The notes: a model not told the origin generated them from the letters alone. Counted from the first letter of the stretch, positions 46,386 to 60,500 are shown. The stretch: 64,000 nucleotides of DNA from Eledone cirrhosa (GCA_964016885.1 OZ024740.1:357864001-357928000), one strand, 5' to 3'. Numbers and translations: made by a program.

Positions 46386-47849
46386 CTACATTTAGGAGGC
46401 CAAATGACTGAATAAAACAAATATATGGAGTACAATCAATGGTAGCAAAATGTTGAAGTGGAGATAAGTACTAACATTAGCTGTGAGATTAGAGTATCAG
46501 AATAAGGTATATAGAACATATAACAAGAATACTGGTCATGCACATTTCCAATGTCACTGATTAAAACAACTATTTTATGGCTATATATCTGATGTAACAG
46601 ACTTTTGATAATTTACATTTATCTAATATATAATACTAGTGTTAGTCCCCAAAATACTTGATTCATCATTATACATCCATTGCCTTTAAGACAGGATATT
46701 CAGCATATAATGGCTATGTTTTGTCCTACAATATGGCTATGTGTGTGAATCAGTCTACATTTTATATAAGACAGTGTATTCATCAACATCATCATCATTA
46801 TTTACCATCCACTTTCCTTCGTAGCATGGGTTCAATATGTTGTCAGCAGATCAAGTCTGAAGTACTGGCCCAATGAAAGGGCTGGGAGCCTGCATCTTGC
46901 TTACATACAATCCTGCATTCAACTAAGTGCTCAGATGGGCTGGCACCCCACAACCAACATGTTTCTGTATATTACTGAATGCATTTTATCGACACCAGTA
47001 TTTAGTAGAAAAAAAAAAGGGAACCAGGACACTATTGCTGGTATCACTATTGAAAAATACAAACATTCAGATGAAGGCCTTTTAAAATCGGTGATAATGG
47101 GAATGGTGGCTGAATAAATAACGTATTCATTCATTAAATCTTTCAGCTATTTTTTGTTGTCCCAGGTCAGTTGTCACTGTGCAGATCTATGATCAAAGGC
47201 ATTCCTGCTGTTACTATTCTATTTTTTTTCTAAACAGAAACCATATACAGGCCCCATTGTTGATTTGATTATTTATACAAACTTCTATGATATATAGGAC
47301 ATGGTAATAACATTGCAAGCAAACAGACCATTCAGTGTAGAGAATAGACCTCCACTGGTTTTGATGACTGTTCCAGTTATTTAATCAACAGAGCAATCTG
47401 AGCATTCAACAAATATGTGTACTCTTAATGTAATTTGCAGGGAGATTGAGCATGATACAGTGTGATAAGGCTAGCTACTTGAATTAAAGGTACATTCTGA
47501 TGAGCTTCTATGTAGTTTCTGTTTACCCCACTATCACTCACAAGACTTGGGTTGAACTGAGGCTATGGTAAATGATATTTGCGCAGTGGGATCGGACCCA
47601 GAATCTAATGATTGCGAAGTAAACATCTTCAACCATTTGGGGATTCAGTATACACTACTTCCACTACATGGTTGATACAGTTAAGAGGGCTGAACTAGCA
47701 AAAGTAATTTTTCTAAAAATTGACCTTTTAGCCAAAAAGGTCCGACAATCATCTTGGCCAGATGTCACTATACATGACTTGTCCAAATGTTATAACAGAA
47801 ATTTCAGTTGCTTATATGTGTACAGATCAATGGATAAAAACGAACTTAC

Positions 47850-47908
47850 CAAGAAGGATTTTAAATCCTTGTAGTTTGTGATAATTCCATTGTGGACACA
47901 AATAAATT
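47850..47908 (-). CDS. GFPT: GFPT exon: (E)FICVHNGIITNYKDLKSFL
   Basis: tag/gtaag, 59 nt, phase 1-0. HNGIITNY motif. Confidence 0.96.
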
Positions 47909-48015
47909 CTAAGAGAAACAGAATGAGAATAAATGCAATTATCAAATTAAATAAGAGTCTAGAATTTTCCAAAACATCAAAATAAAATATAAAAACAAAT
48001 AAAAAAGCAACTCAC

Positions 48016-48140
48016 CATTGTTCAGCCCAGATCTCTGAGGATGGCTGTTTGTGGAATTTGGTTCACCATGAGTAGCCCAACGTGTATGAGAGACACCAAT
48101 GTGACAATTAGCCACTTCATCAAAATCTATGGAGGTCGAA

Positions 48141-48141
<1 letters not shown>
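48016..48141 (-). CDS. GFPT: GFPT exon: [41 protein letters not shown]
   Basis: Poly-T then tag acceptor, gtgag donor, 126 nt, phase 1-1. HTRWATHG motif. Confidence 0.97.
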
Positions 48142-48178
<37 letters not shown>

Positions 48179-48803
48179 CATTTTCAAATGTTTGTTTGCA
48201 TGTGTGACCTATCTGCTCAATTTCTAAAGTGTAAACAATAAAAGGCTGGCTTGATCGGTTGATGACAGTGCTATGTTAATAAAACAAATATCATGTGTTA
48301 GATTCCCATATTGCCTAACTTTTGATTTTTTTCTAATACATTTATTAAGTTATGGATTCAACTCCCATCAAGATCGACTCATTATTAAGTGAATGTATAA
48401 AGTTTCATTTATTATTTAAGGGATCACTTTTACATTTTGAGACTGAATCAAGTTGAAATTGAATTTATCTTTATTATGTAAACATAAAATAGGCTTTCAC
48501 CTTTACTTAAAGCATTAAAATTGGATAAACATTTTTTTAAATTTTTTTATTAATGATAGAAATATTTTATTAATGGAAATTAATGCTATTGAAATGATGT
48601 TCCACGCTTGCAGCATCTTTTGTTGCCAAATCCAAGTGATATCTGAGGACAGAAAAAACGAATGAACAAGAATTCTGCTTTGCTCATGGCCAATTACTGA
48701 TAAAACTTAAAACATGGTGTCTTTTGGTGCTGTCATAACAGTGTTCAGGCTATAATGCTTATAGATCTAATGTTAGTAAGATGAGATTCATTGCAATTCT
48801 TAA

Positions 48804-49024
48804 CAATTTAGCATTTACATTACTCTATATTTACTATTGTATTTTCATGGTAAACACTTTATTTCACATAATTATCTCACATAATATTGAATCTACAAGA
48901 TTTTGATATTATTTATTTTGAGAACAGTACCTTAACATAAGTATGAACAACCAGTTATGGCTGGTTTAAACAGAGAGAGGTGAGTGAATTCTGGATGGAT
49001 ATGGCTGGTTTAAATGCAAAAGAG
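48804..49024. mobile_element. piggyBac-type MITE, copy 4
   Basis: TTAA flanks, decayed TIRs, same body. Confidence 0.8.
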
Positions 49025-49621
49025 TTAATGTAATTTCTTTATCAGTTCATATATTGATTCTGCCCAGTTCCAAACTTGAATGATGTTTCCACAAGTTATA
49101 AGAATAATTTTATTCCAATCTTTGGTTTACATCCCAACATGCTACTTATTTTAAAAATTCATTTAAGGATTTATGTATCTCAATGCAAACAATAAAATAT
49201 GTCAAATAATAGTTTCAAATTGATTAAAACTGTTTTCGCTTTCAGTTAATCCTGTGTTCTTATTTAATACACATGAATTAGTTATATGATGTTTACACAA
49301 TTGAATTACAAAGTATACTATTCATATTGTAAACAATTTCTTACATGAAAACTAACATTTCAAAAGAAATTCAATACTGTTCTATGAAACTGAACATGCC
49401 AACATTGAGAACAATTCTGGTAAATTTATAGCTACTTTTCAACCTGGGCAATGTTGGATAGTCTGCTAGTGTGCTTGTGCGTGTGTATATATAATATGTT
49501 AAACGATAATGATGATGGTGATATATGTATGTATGTAAAAGATAAACAGCAATAATGTAACAAACGGTACAGTATATGGAAGGAATATATTAGTTTAATG
49601 CTTGAAATGGCAGGAAGAAGG

Positions 49622-49657
49622 TCTTAACGTTTTGGATGCTAGTCCTTCATCAGAAGA
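49622..49657 (-). ncRNA. Decayed type I hammerhead motif (GAAA changed to AAAA)
   Basis: tctt CTGATGA aGGA-ctagca-TCC AAAA cgt TA aga. Confidence 0.45.
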
Positions 49658-50575
49658 AAGATTAAGAAATTAGAAAGATTGAGGGGACGAGCAGGGCAGA
49701 ATCGGAAAAAAGATTGTTTTAGAGAAAAATTACTCGTGTCTACATATGCATGTATATGTATGTCTACACACAGACACACACACACTAGAGATTCATCAAT
49801 TTACAAGAATAAACCCTTCAGGTTCATATGCTGTCAATGGCCAGGGAAGCCTAAAACCAGCATAATTGCTGAGGTTTCATCCAGTCAAATCCAGGTTACT
49901 TTGGCCTTAACATCTGGGTCATGACAGTCACCCAAGTGTTAATGTTACAGTGGAATGAACTCAGTACACTCTGCAAGTGATGGCACTGGTGACATGATGA
50001 ATTGTACCTAGTCCACTCTGTAAAGCAGTGATGCTGGTGCAATATAACACTGACAACCGACTCTGTAAAATGTTAGCGCTGGTGCCACAATAAAATGCCC
50101 ACACTGTTAAGAGGTTGTACCAGTGCTATGATAAAATGCATTCAGTCCACTATGGAATATGGCAATGGCAGTTCCTAGCATGGATAGAATGGTTTTGAAG
50201 TTTGCATATTGTTATAGAAATTAGTTTCAGTTAAATGTAATTTTTAACAGTAATCACCTAATCATGAAAAAATGAACAGGAGGGACTTTTAGCTAAATAG
50301 ATTTCTATGGAATTTGGCACAATAGTTGTAGTAATATTACTTGAACTATGTATTATGCAGTGAATAGTGTTCCACACCTTAAATGTAATAAACATTTTTC
50401 TACTATACTATTATCTATCATATTAAAGTTGGTATGTCTGTGGCATAAAAAGTCTGAGCTGCTGTGGAAAAGGGGCAGTAAAAGTGTGTATGTGTGAACA
50501 AGAGGAGGAAAGAAAGAAGAGGAGAGAGAAAGTATGAATATTGTTTATCCTTAATTTTAACTGTCATTATATATA

Positions 50576-50840
50576 TTGACACATTTATAATTTAAGGATA
50601 TATATATATATATATAATTGTTTCCACTTTTGGCACAAGGCCAGCAATTATCCCAGTGTATTACTGGTGCTTTATTTTATCGACCCCATAAGGATGAAAG
50701 GCAAAGTTAACCTCGGCAGGATATGGTCCGAGTTCAAGTCCCACCGAGGTTAACTTTGCCTCTCATCCTTACGGAGTTGATAAAATAAAGCACCAGTAAT
50801 ACACTGGGATAATTGCTGACCTTGTGCCAAAATTAGAAAC

Positions 50841-50878
<38 letters not shown>

Positions 50879-50898
50879 TTAAATTATAAATGCGTCAA
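50576..50898. repeat. Long palindrome made of two head-to-head Meta-SINE halves plus flanks
   Basis: 50576-50721 is the reverse complement of 50739-50898, including the TA run and about 22 bp beyond it. Confidence 0.88.
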
Positions 50899-51043
50899 AT
50901 ATTTAATTTTGGTATTTTTAGTCATTTATTCAATTTATTGTGTTGTCATCATCATCATCATCATCACTGTTTTACGTCCGTTCTTCCACGCTAGCATGGG
51001 TTAGACGGTTATATATATATACGTAATTAATACTGTGTATATA

Positions 51044-51800
51044 TACAAAGTGTGTCAGAAAAATAACAGGACTAAGTGAGATATAAGTAGGGTAGGGATT
51101 AGCCAGTTGCATCACCGTGTGATGTAATATCCAGGGTGGATATAACTGTGATCACAGCTCTCTGCAGCCATTGTATGTTTTTTCAAATGCTTTTTTAACA
51201 GCTCCTCAATTTGAGGTCGTAGAGTGATGTGCAAAGAGCAACAAATCAACCTGAAGTTTATGGTCTGGCTGAGGAAAACTCCATCAGAAGCACTCAGAAT
51301 AATGCAGCAAGTGTATGGAGATGAGATGTCACACACACGTTTTCGATTGGCACAAAAGGTTCAAAGAGAGATGTAAGGGCGAGAAACTTGGCCCTAGGAT
51401 TGGAAGGCCTTCAACGAGGAGGACTGAGGCCATCATTGAGCGTGTGAGACAGGTGGTGTGTGGGGATCATTGGCTGACTGTTCGACTGATCACAAGTGAC
51501 CTGAGCATGAACCATGAGAGCATTTGGAAGATTATCATCAAAGATTTGGGCATGCGGAAGATTTGCATGAAGATTGTGCCGAAAGATGACCAGAAGGAGC
51601 AGCACATGCAGGCATGTCAGGACATCCTTGAGCATCTTGAAACCAAAGCAGACTTGCTGGGGAGCGTCATCACTTTCACCTAGTTCAAGAAGGTCCGCAA
51701 GGGACCTGTTTTCCGGACTTGAAAGCTATAAAGAGGGCAGAGACAACAGAGCTGCAGAGAATCTTTCTTGGAGCGCATGGAGGCATGGTGGTGAAGGATG
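51044..51800 (+). mobile_element. Tc1/mariner transposase relic (N-terminal HTH region, internally deleted)
   Basis: EQQINLKF..KTPSEA..VYG, VFDWHKRFKE..GRPST, LTVR, DLGMRKICMKIVPK. Confidence 0.85.
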
Positions 51801-51804
51801 GGAA

Positions 51805-52735
51805 AGGGCATTAGACTCGGAGGGAATATTTCAAAGAGAAGATTGCAGTGGTATGGACATATGATGCACATGGAGGATGACAGCTGTATAAAAAGGTCCA
51901 GGGCACTCAAAGTTGATGGAAGCTATGGAAGAGAAAGACCTAGGAAAGCTGGGGATGAAGTGATAAAAGCTGATTTTGCACAATTAAACCTCTCCAAGAA
52001 GACACAGGATTGAGGTCTCTGCCATTATGCTGTACTGCAGAAGACCTGCTTTCCCATGTGCACAGGATGAAACAAACATGTAGAGGACACTAGTCTGCAC
52101 CAATCTTCTCCCTACCCCTCTCCCAGTCTTAATACCCTGCCCTCACCAGCTAAATATCCTACTAACCAACTTGCATACTTGTTTTCCTCCCCAGCTTCCA
52201 CACTCCTGATGTACTTCTCCTGTCCTGTTTAATCCATGCATATAAGCATAGAAAGCTGAGTGCTCCAAATATGATCCTCCACCTTATAATGTTGCTACCA
52301 TGACAAAGAAAGCACTGTCCACCTTGTATAGCGATCTAGTGCCATGGCAACAAAAACACCCAGTCTATCTTGTAAGGCGGTTGTACAGATAAAATGACAA
52401 GAGGCAGCATCCAATCCACTCTGTAAGGTTGATGTGCTGATGACATGACAAGAGGCTCCCAATCCACTCTGTATAGTGGTTGTGCTAATGACATGATAAA
52501 AAGTGTTTAGTTTGCCGTGTTAGATGGTTGTGCTGGTGACTCAACAAAATAGCACCTAGTCCATACAGTAACGTAGATGGTGTTAGGAAGGGCATCCAGT
52601 CCAGCTTTAGAAACCAAGTCAAAATACAGATCCATATAAGCAAGATGTGGTTACCTGACCTGACATGTCTCATAACTTGACAACCCATCTAACCCTTGTT
52701 AAGTGTGGAAAACATATGTTAAACGTTGATGATAA
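51805..52735 (+). mobile_element. Degraded RTE LINE 3' end with a long repetitive 3'UTR
   Basis: RRLQWYGHMMHMEDDSCIK..RPRK, aggaagggcatcc motif, gatgat tail. Confidence 0.75.
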
Positions 52736-52737
52736 TA

Positions 52738-54016
52738 CATCATCATCGTTTAAAGTCTATCTTCCACGCTAGCATGGGTTTAGATGGGAATTGTCCCACT
52801 TGAGGCAAGATTGGTTGTCTTGCTCGTATAGGACTGTCTGGCAGGTTTTCTACGGCTGGATACCCTTCCTAACACCAACCACGTTTACAGTGTGGACTGG
52901 GAGCTTTTTACCGTGTTACCTACACGGCCACATTACAGCGTGGACTGGATGTTGTGGTACCAACATAACTTTACAGAGAAAGGGGTGGTGTTGATGGGGG
53001 TGGGGATGGGGGAGTTGGGGTAGTGGGAGGGGGTGTATATTTGATTAAGAGGTGCCTACTGACTAGGTTTTGCTTTGTACTTAGGCAAGGCGGGTCTTCT
53101 GTATTACTGCATAGCGCCAAAGATCTCGAACCAGTGTCATTGTCTTGGAGTGTGTAAGGTCGGAATTTATCAAATCATCCCAGGTTTTTCTGGGTCTGCC
53201 TACTCCGTAACTTCCGTCAATTTTGATCACCCTGCACTTTTTTATACAGCTGTCGTCATTCATGCGCATCACGTGAGCATACCAACGTAGTCTTCTCTTG
53301 AATCAACAGCACCTGATCCCTCTTATACCTAATTTCTCACTTAGTTCATTTATGCTTTGCTGTTCACGTATATTACTATTACACATCCAGCAGAGCATGC
53401 ATGCTTCGTTCCTCTCCAGTCTGCGCAGATCCTCTGCACACAATGCCCATGTCTCACTGCCATGTAACATAGCTGTTCGTATGCAGGCATCATACAGTCT
53501 TCCTTTCATTTCTAGAGAGAAACCTTTAGCGGCCAATAGTGGTATAAGCTCTCTGAACTTTTTCCATCCTGTTCTGACTCTGGCTACTGTACTTTCTGAG
53601 CACCCTTCCCCACTGCTGATTTTGTCACCCAGGTAACGGAAGGTGTTCACTATTTCTATAGAGCCATCTGGGCAATAGAAGGAGCTAGTATCCTGTGGAC
53701 ACTTGCTACTTATTGCACCTGAGCACCAGCCACATATAAAATCTACATTCTGAGATAGCTTACCTGTGATCCCACATCTTTTATGTACCCATACTTTGCA
53801 TTTGGGACATAAAATGGAATTTCTGCCTACTCCTTTCCTACACACTGAGCATGACCATTTCCCAGAGGGGACCTGTGCCCTATTTTCCTTCCTACATACT
53901 AGAACTTTAGTCTTAGACAAGTTAACTTTAAGGCCTTTTGATTCTAGGCCATGCTTCCATGTTTGGAATTTCTTCTCTAGTTCAGCCATCGATTCAACTA
54001 TGAGAGTTAGATCATC

Positions 54017-54021
<5 letters not shown>
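52738..54021 (-). mobile_element. RTE LINE subfamily B, 5'-truncated, with an intact PHD finger
   Basis: ORF 53303..53989: CSVC-x10-CPKC-x4-H-x2-C..CGWC. 5' end abuts (TA)n. Confidence 0.92.
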
Positions 54022-54055
<34 letters not shown>

Positions 54056-54919
54056 TCCAACTGACTGAAAATATATTTCTCACTAGCATATTTACATCAT
54101 TCATTTCTAAGGTCCAAAAAGTAAACAGCTTAAAATAATTTTTAAAATAATGTGCTGAGTGTGGGAGAGAGAATCAGTGTGACAAAATGGGAGTTGTGAG
54201 GGTGAATGTTGTGGAAGTGGTGGTAACATCGAATGTGATGGTGTGAGTGGTGATTAAAGTGATGAAGTGGTGCCAGTGTGTGTATAGTATATGCTGTTTG
54301 CGGTGGTGGTGTTTGCGGTGGGGTGGTGGTGTTGTTGGTGATGTGTGCAAGTGCAAATGCACAAACACACATATGCGCAGGTGTGTGTGAGGTAATGTTA
54401 ATTGTTGGTAGTTGTAAATGTGCTGGTATTCAGTCCATAGTTGTGAGAGGTTAGTAAGTATTAATAGTGTTAGTTGGCTGTATGTGTATAGGATCAACTG
54501 TGCGCACGCGTGTGTCTGCCAGTGCACGTGTTTATGTGCAGTTACAAAAGTGTGTTAGTGTACATGTGTGGGTGTATGTGAGTGGGTGTGCTGGTGGATG
54601 TATTCATGTTGTAGGGGGTGGTACATGCACAGATATATAACTACACATGCACACACATATACATATATATGAGCAAGTGTGTGTGGTGGGGTAAGTTAGT
54701 AATGTTAATTGGTGTTAGTTGTAATAGGTTTAATCTGTGTGGGTAATCTGGCCATAGTTGTGAAGGGTTAGTGAGTGTTAGGTGACTGTGTGTATGGGGT
54801 CAACTGTACATGTGTGTTGTAGTCTGTGTGTGTGTGTATGTGTGTGTGCGGCATGCATGTTCATGTTTAATTACAAGGTGTGTTAGTTTATTCATGTGCT
54901 AGTGTAATGAGTGGAAAGC

Positions 54920-55565
54920 ACTGACTAGGGAAACAATAGCGGCATATTTAGACCGGGGGGGGGGGTAAAAGTTTTGAAAAAAAATGAGGTGCTATTCCCT
55001 CCTGTGGCATGAATCCAGTGGTCCGGCGCAGGTGAGAAAGTAAAAAATTGTGAGGTCAGGTGGAGCAGAAATGTCGGGTGATGGGTTGCCCAGTTGGATG
55101 ACACAAAAGTGCTTGGCAAATCTGTCTGCCAAACAACGGCCAGTTTGGCCAATAAAGGTGGTCTCACATAGTGTGCACCGGATCCTGTAAACGAGACTCA
55201 TGGAAGTGTAGCAGGAGTCCCTAATATGGAATGTTTGGCCGGTGGGTCTGGTAAGAGTGGTGGTATCAGTGAGGAAAGGACAGTGGGGTTGGGAGCAGGA
55301 GTGGGATCTGCGAGATGAGTTGGAGGAGGAAGCAAACTGCAGACAAGATTTTGGAGGTTGCATGCGTGCCATGGCAACCTAGGTTACCTGTTGGTAAACC
55401 TCACCCAAGGAAAACAATTGAGGGTGAGGACCAGTTCGGCAAGGTGGATGGGGGTGTAGGTGGAGGGGCAGAGGTCGAAGAAGTGTTGGAGTGCACTGAG
55501 GCCTTCAGTGTGTGGAATGACAGTGTAGAGGGATTTGATGTCGAGTGTGAAGACAAATGAATCGA
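54920..55565 (-). mobile_element. Penelope-like element relic (RT fragment, Cys linker, GIY-YIG endonuclease)
   Basis: FTLDIKSLYTVIPHTEGL..LAELVLTLNCF (PLE RT). LVYRIRCTLCETTFIGQTGRCLADRFAKH (GIY-YIG). Confidence 0.85.
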
Positions 55566-55701
55566 AGCGACAGATACAACAAAGTGTACCTAGAAGTAAT
55601 GTATATAATATAATGTATAACATGCTAACATATGATTCTTGGCTACAATATAACTATATATTGTAGTACAGTGGCAAAAAACATAAGTTGACTGTTAGTG
55701 A

Positions 55702-55740
<39 letters not shown>

Positions 55741-55743
55741 TAC

Positions 55744-55839
55744 TTATTTCCTCTTCAAGAGCTACAACCTTTCCAGGTTTCTTTATGATAGAAATAGACC
55801 CTTTATTTGAATCTTTTCCTGGAACCTCATAAGCAACAC
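55744..55839 (-). CDS. GFPT: GFPT exon, glutaminase domain: (G)VAYEVPGKDSNKGSISIIKKPGKVVALEEEI
   Basis: cag acceptor, gtaag donor, 96 nt, phase 1-1. Matches GFAT GVGFD..IKKKGKVKALDEEV. Confidence 0.9.
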
Positions 55840-55899
55840 CTGAAGAGAAAAGAAATATAACACTGAGATATTTAGGGATTAAGGTGAGAGACAATTTAA

Positions 55900-56120
55900 C
55901 TCTTTAGTAGTTACATTACTCTATATTTACTATTGTATTTTCATGGTAAACACTTTATTCCACATAATTATCTTACATAATATTGAATCTACGAGATTTT
56001 GATATTATTCATTTTAAGAACATTACCTTAACATCAGTATGAGCAGCTGGTTATGGCTGGTTTGAATAGAAAAAGGTGAGAGAATTCTGGCTGGATAAAG
56101 CTGGTTTAAATGTTAATGCG
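55900..56120. mobile_element. piggyBac-type MITE, copy 5, about 60 nt upstream of a GFPT acceptor
   Basis: TTAA flanks, same body. Confidence 0.8.
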
Positions 56121-57261
56121 TTAATAGCAAATTCAACATATCTACCTCATTTTGACTGGCTAACTGTAGATTTCACTCCTATCTCAAGGTTGAGAAGTAA
56201 GCAATCCAAAAGAGCACAGCATAAAAAATGCTTGTTCAAACAAGATGCAGATACCTGAATTTGCTAGAAGCATCCTACTTATGCTACCAGGGTAAGGGGG
56301 GAAAAATGTTTTTAGAAGTAACTGCCTAAAAAGATTAGATGTTGTCAGCTTGACAGTCTGAGATAAATGCCCAATCCTTTTTCCACAGAAATACAACCTG
56401 CTGGAACTTTCTACCTACAGCTTTCTTGCAGACATCAGTAAGCCAGAGATGTTCAAATTGAACATTTGCCAAATTGATTTTAGTCAACTTAGAGAGTTGG
56501 GAGTCCTGTGTTACATGAAACTGCACTAACAAGACATTTTTGAAAAATATAAAACTATGAATATATCACATTAAAAATTAAAGTAATACTGTAAATTTTG
56601 ACAATGACCTGTCTACAAGTAAGAATGTATACTATAAACATTTGAACTAAGAAACCTGTTTTTATATATATTTTGCTAAATTATTTACAGGATGTTAAGG
56701 GTTAATAATGATTAAGAAAAAAAAACAAAAAAAAACAAAAATACACCACATTATACTCGTATATAAGCTGAGAAATATGACAAAAAAAAATGAAAGCAAA
56801 ATGAGTCAGCTTACATTTGAGGCCAATTTTCATCAATTTCAAATTCTATATACATAAGGTACTAAAGTATCAGAAGTGATTTACAATGAAATACTGTTTT
56901 GTTTTGTTATTTACTACATCATTATTAGTGTTATTTATGCATTCCCTAGAAAATATTTTCAACAAATTTTTATAATTTGAACTTTTTAATACATAAATAT
57001 TCCAAACACATACACACCTGCACATGCATACACACACACATATACATGCACTGACAGTTTTTCTCTGACTTGCTAATACTTTCTCTTTCAAGCTTATGTA
57101 AGACTGAAATTTTACTTATGACTTGTTTTATTGCTCTCACTCTTGCCCCCTCTCTCTCTCACTTGCTGTCTCTCCGTCACTCTTTACTCTATGCATCCCT
57201 ATACAATATGCCCTTATTCGATCTCTTGCTTCCAACAACTCCCAGCATGTGAAGTGGCAGG

Positions 57262-57303
<42 letters not shown>

Positions 57304-57592
57304 GAGAAACTTGTTGAAACTATAGAATAGATCAAATTGTAAAAATGCATTACGTAATGAAGTTGTGAAACAAAAACTATACTCTAACGGACATTTAAAA
57401 CATTTTTTTAGACATCCAAATATCAAAACCTCATAAATATATTTTATACTCACAAGAATTTCAAAACCATGCCATCTAAACATAATTAGCTGCATTAGCT
57501 TATAAATGGGGTTTGGATTTTTGCCCATTTTCAGACATAAAATAGGGAGTTGGCTTATATTCAAGTATATATGGTATGCCATATCTGGAGCA

Positions 57593-60500
57593 TGTCCTGG
57601 GTATGACATTAAACTACATCCAGTGGCAAGGCTCCAGTTCGGGAGTTCAGGAGATGTGGGGAATGTGGAGTTACCCCTTAGTTGTCATGACTCCCAGGTC
57701 TGCCCTGGCCCGGGGTGGTAGTACCTGTTAGGGCTCCATTTATGGGTTAAATAACTACCTTATTCGAGTGGCGCCGGTAAGGTATTGTCAGCCATTGAAA
57801 AGAAATATGGAGAGTCGATCTAACAGCACTAGGGTTAGAGCCCCTAATTACACTGTCAAGGAGCAGCCTGGTCGTTATGACTCTGCTGGCTTAGAGCCAC
57901 AGAGAGGGCCAGTGGATGATGGATCAGCTGTCTCTGAGACAAATATAAAGAATGCAGTTTTGTCCTGCAGAAGAGCCATCAAAATGGGCACTTTGAATGT
58001 GAGGACTATTCGGACGCTGGAGAAGAGAGAGGAGTTGGGACATCTGTTCGAGGAGAATGGTATACAGATACTTGCGATCCAAGAACACAGGATTCTACAC
58101 GATGAGCCCGTGAGGAGTGTGATGATCGGGAAGAAGAGCCAGCTCATCACTACATCGGCAGTGAAGAACACAACAAATGCTGCAGTAGGAGGAGTGGGTT
58201 TTGTGTTCAGTGCAAAAACCAATCTGTTGGTGAGGGAAATAATGCCAATCTCCCCGCGAGTGTTGAGGGTGACCTTCAATGGAAACCCAAGACTGCCAGT
58301 CATCTCAGCCTATGGTCCAACCGAGGGGGACAGTGATGTGAATGCGGAAGAGTTCCATGAGGAGGTGTGTAGAGCTGTCAACACCACTCAGGCACACAAT
58401 ATCCTGCTTGTTTTGGGGGACTTCAATGCACATCTGAGTAAGGAGGGCAGTGAAGATCCTTGCTGGTACTTCCATAACACCAACCGAAATGGAAGACTAC
58501 TGAGAGACACCTTGCTGGAGGCGAACTTGATGGCGACCAACCTAAGGTTTAGGAAGAATCTGGGGAAGATGTGGACCTACATCTCAGATATGCACCTGTC
58601 CAAGTCCCAGATTGATTTCATTCTGGTGAGGAAAAAGTGGCGGAATAGTGTTCTGAACACGGAACCATACAGCTATTTCAGTACACTGGGTAGTGACCAC
58701 CGGCTTGTTATGAGTGAGGTCTGCGTGACCTTAAGAAAGAGCAAGGCTCAGCCCCGGAGAACAATCTATGACTGGGGAGCTTTCAAGGAAGATGATAAGC
58801 TACAGGAGAGGTTCACAGTGGAAGTGAGAAACAGGTTTAGTGCTCTGTGTGGAGAGTCAGAGGAGAGAGAGATTGGATAGACTGAGGAGAGTGTGACGAG
58901 GAGGTACGGGCACTTCACCAGTGCAGTGGCGGAAGCAAGTGAAACCCTGGTGCCGAGGAAAAAGAACAAAGGGAAGCACGTCAGCTCTGCAAACCCAAAA
59001 GTGTGTGCAGCCAGAGAACACCTGAAAGCTGCCAGGGACCAATTCTATGCTGATCCTACGGAGGAGAGGATGGAGACTGTGGAGGTGATGAGGGAAGAGC
59101 TCTGAACCGCTTACACTGAGGTCAGAGAGGAGGCACTGATAGAGAAGATCAGAAGTGTGGAGAGAGCGGTTGACAGATCTGGATGTAAGGAGAGCTGGAT
59201 GATCATCAACGAGATCACAGGGAGGAAGAGAAGGTGTTCGAGTCAGATCCAGGGAACGGGGCCCGAGGATAGGAAGAGGAAATGGCTAGACCATTTTAGG
59301 ACCCTACTAGGAGAGCCATCCTCCACCGCCCAGAGCACTGGGGAGATCAGGCGGCTGTTTGAGGAACTGGATGTTGAGGCAGAGCCCTTCACCAGAGAGG
59401 AGCTTCAGAGAGCCAAGAAGAGGATCAAGGAGGGCAAGGCTCATGGAGAAGATGGAGTGGCATCAGAGGTGATGAAGAGGTGTGATTTTGATGATATCAT
59501 CCTGGGGTTCTGTAACGGGGCACTGGAGAGAGGAGTTGCCCCGAATCAGTGGAGGATCAGTAACATCGTCCCAGTGCCAAAGAAGGGAGATCTCTCTAAC
59601 ACCAACAACTACCGGGGGATCTCACTGACGTCACTTGTGGCAAAAACCCTCAACAGGATGATTCTTAACAGGATCCAGCTTGAGATGGAGAAGAAGCTCA
59701 GGGACAACCAGAACGGCTTCAGAGAGGGTAGATCAACCACCAGTCACATCCTGATGCTGAGGAGGATATTAGAGGGAGCTAGAGCAAAGTGCCTTCCTGC
59801 GGTCATGGTTTTCATTGACTTTAGGAAGGCCTTTGATTCTGTGGACCGTCACTGCCTGATGAAGATCTTACAGGCTTATGGAATGCCCAAGAAGATAGTG
59901 GACCTGATATCACTGCTCTACACCAACACCAAAGCCCAAGTCATTACACCTGATGGGATGACAGAGTTCTTTGAGATACTGGCTGGAGTGCTCCAGGGAG
60001 ATACATTGGCTCCCTACCTTTTTATCATCGTAGTGGACTATTGTATGCGCCTTGCACTGGAGAAACACCAGGACTCTGGCTTTACTGTAGCACCGGCTCA
60101 GAGCAGGAGAGTTAGGGCGAAAAAAGTATCGGATGCTGAATTTGCCGACGACATAGTTTTGGTGACAAATACAGTGAAGGAGGCAGAGGATTTGATGCGG
60201 GAGGTTGAGACTGTGTCGATGAGTGTGGGGCTGAGAATGAATGAGACTAAAACAAAATATCTGGTAGAGAATGTTGAGAAACCAGAGGGGATCACTAATG
60301 TAGGCGGGAAGCCGCTGGAATTGGTTGAGGACTTCCTGTATTTGGGAGCAAAGATTGGGAATACAGAGGATGATGTGGTTGAGAGGAAGAGCAAGGCCTG
60401 GGCGGTGTGCCACAGCTTGAGATCGGTGTGGAAGTCGGACCTTCGTAGAGACCTGAAAATCCGCCTCTTCATTGCTGTAGTGGAGTCTGTGCTGCTGTAT

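Noticed and set aside
47066-47120. Hammerhead-like cagatgaaggcc..ggctgaa
   Set aside because: Both core strands deviate, and I see no convincing stem I or stem III.
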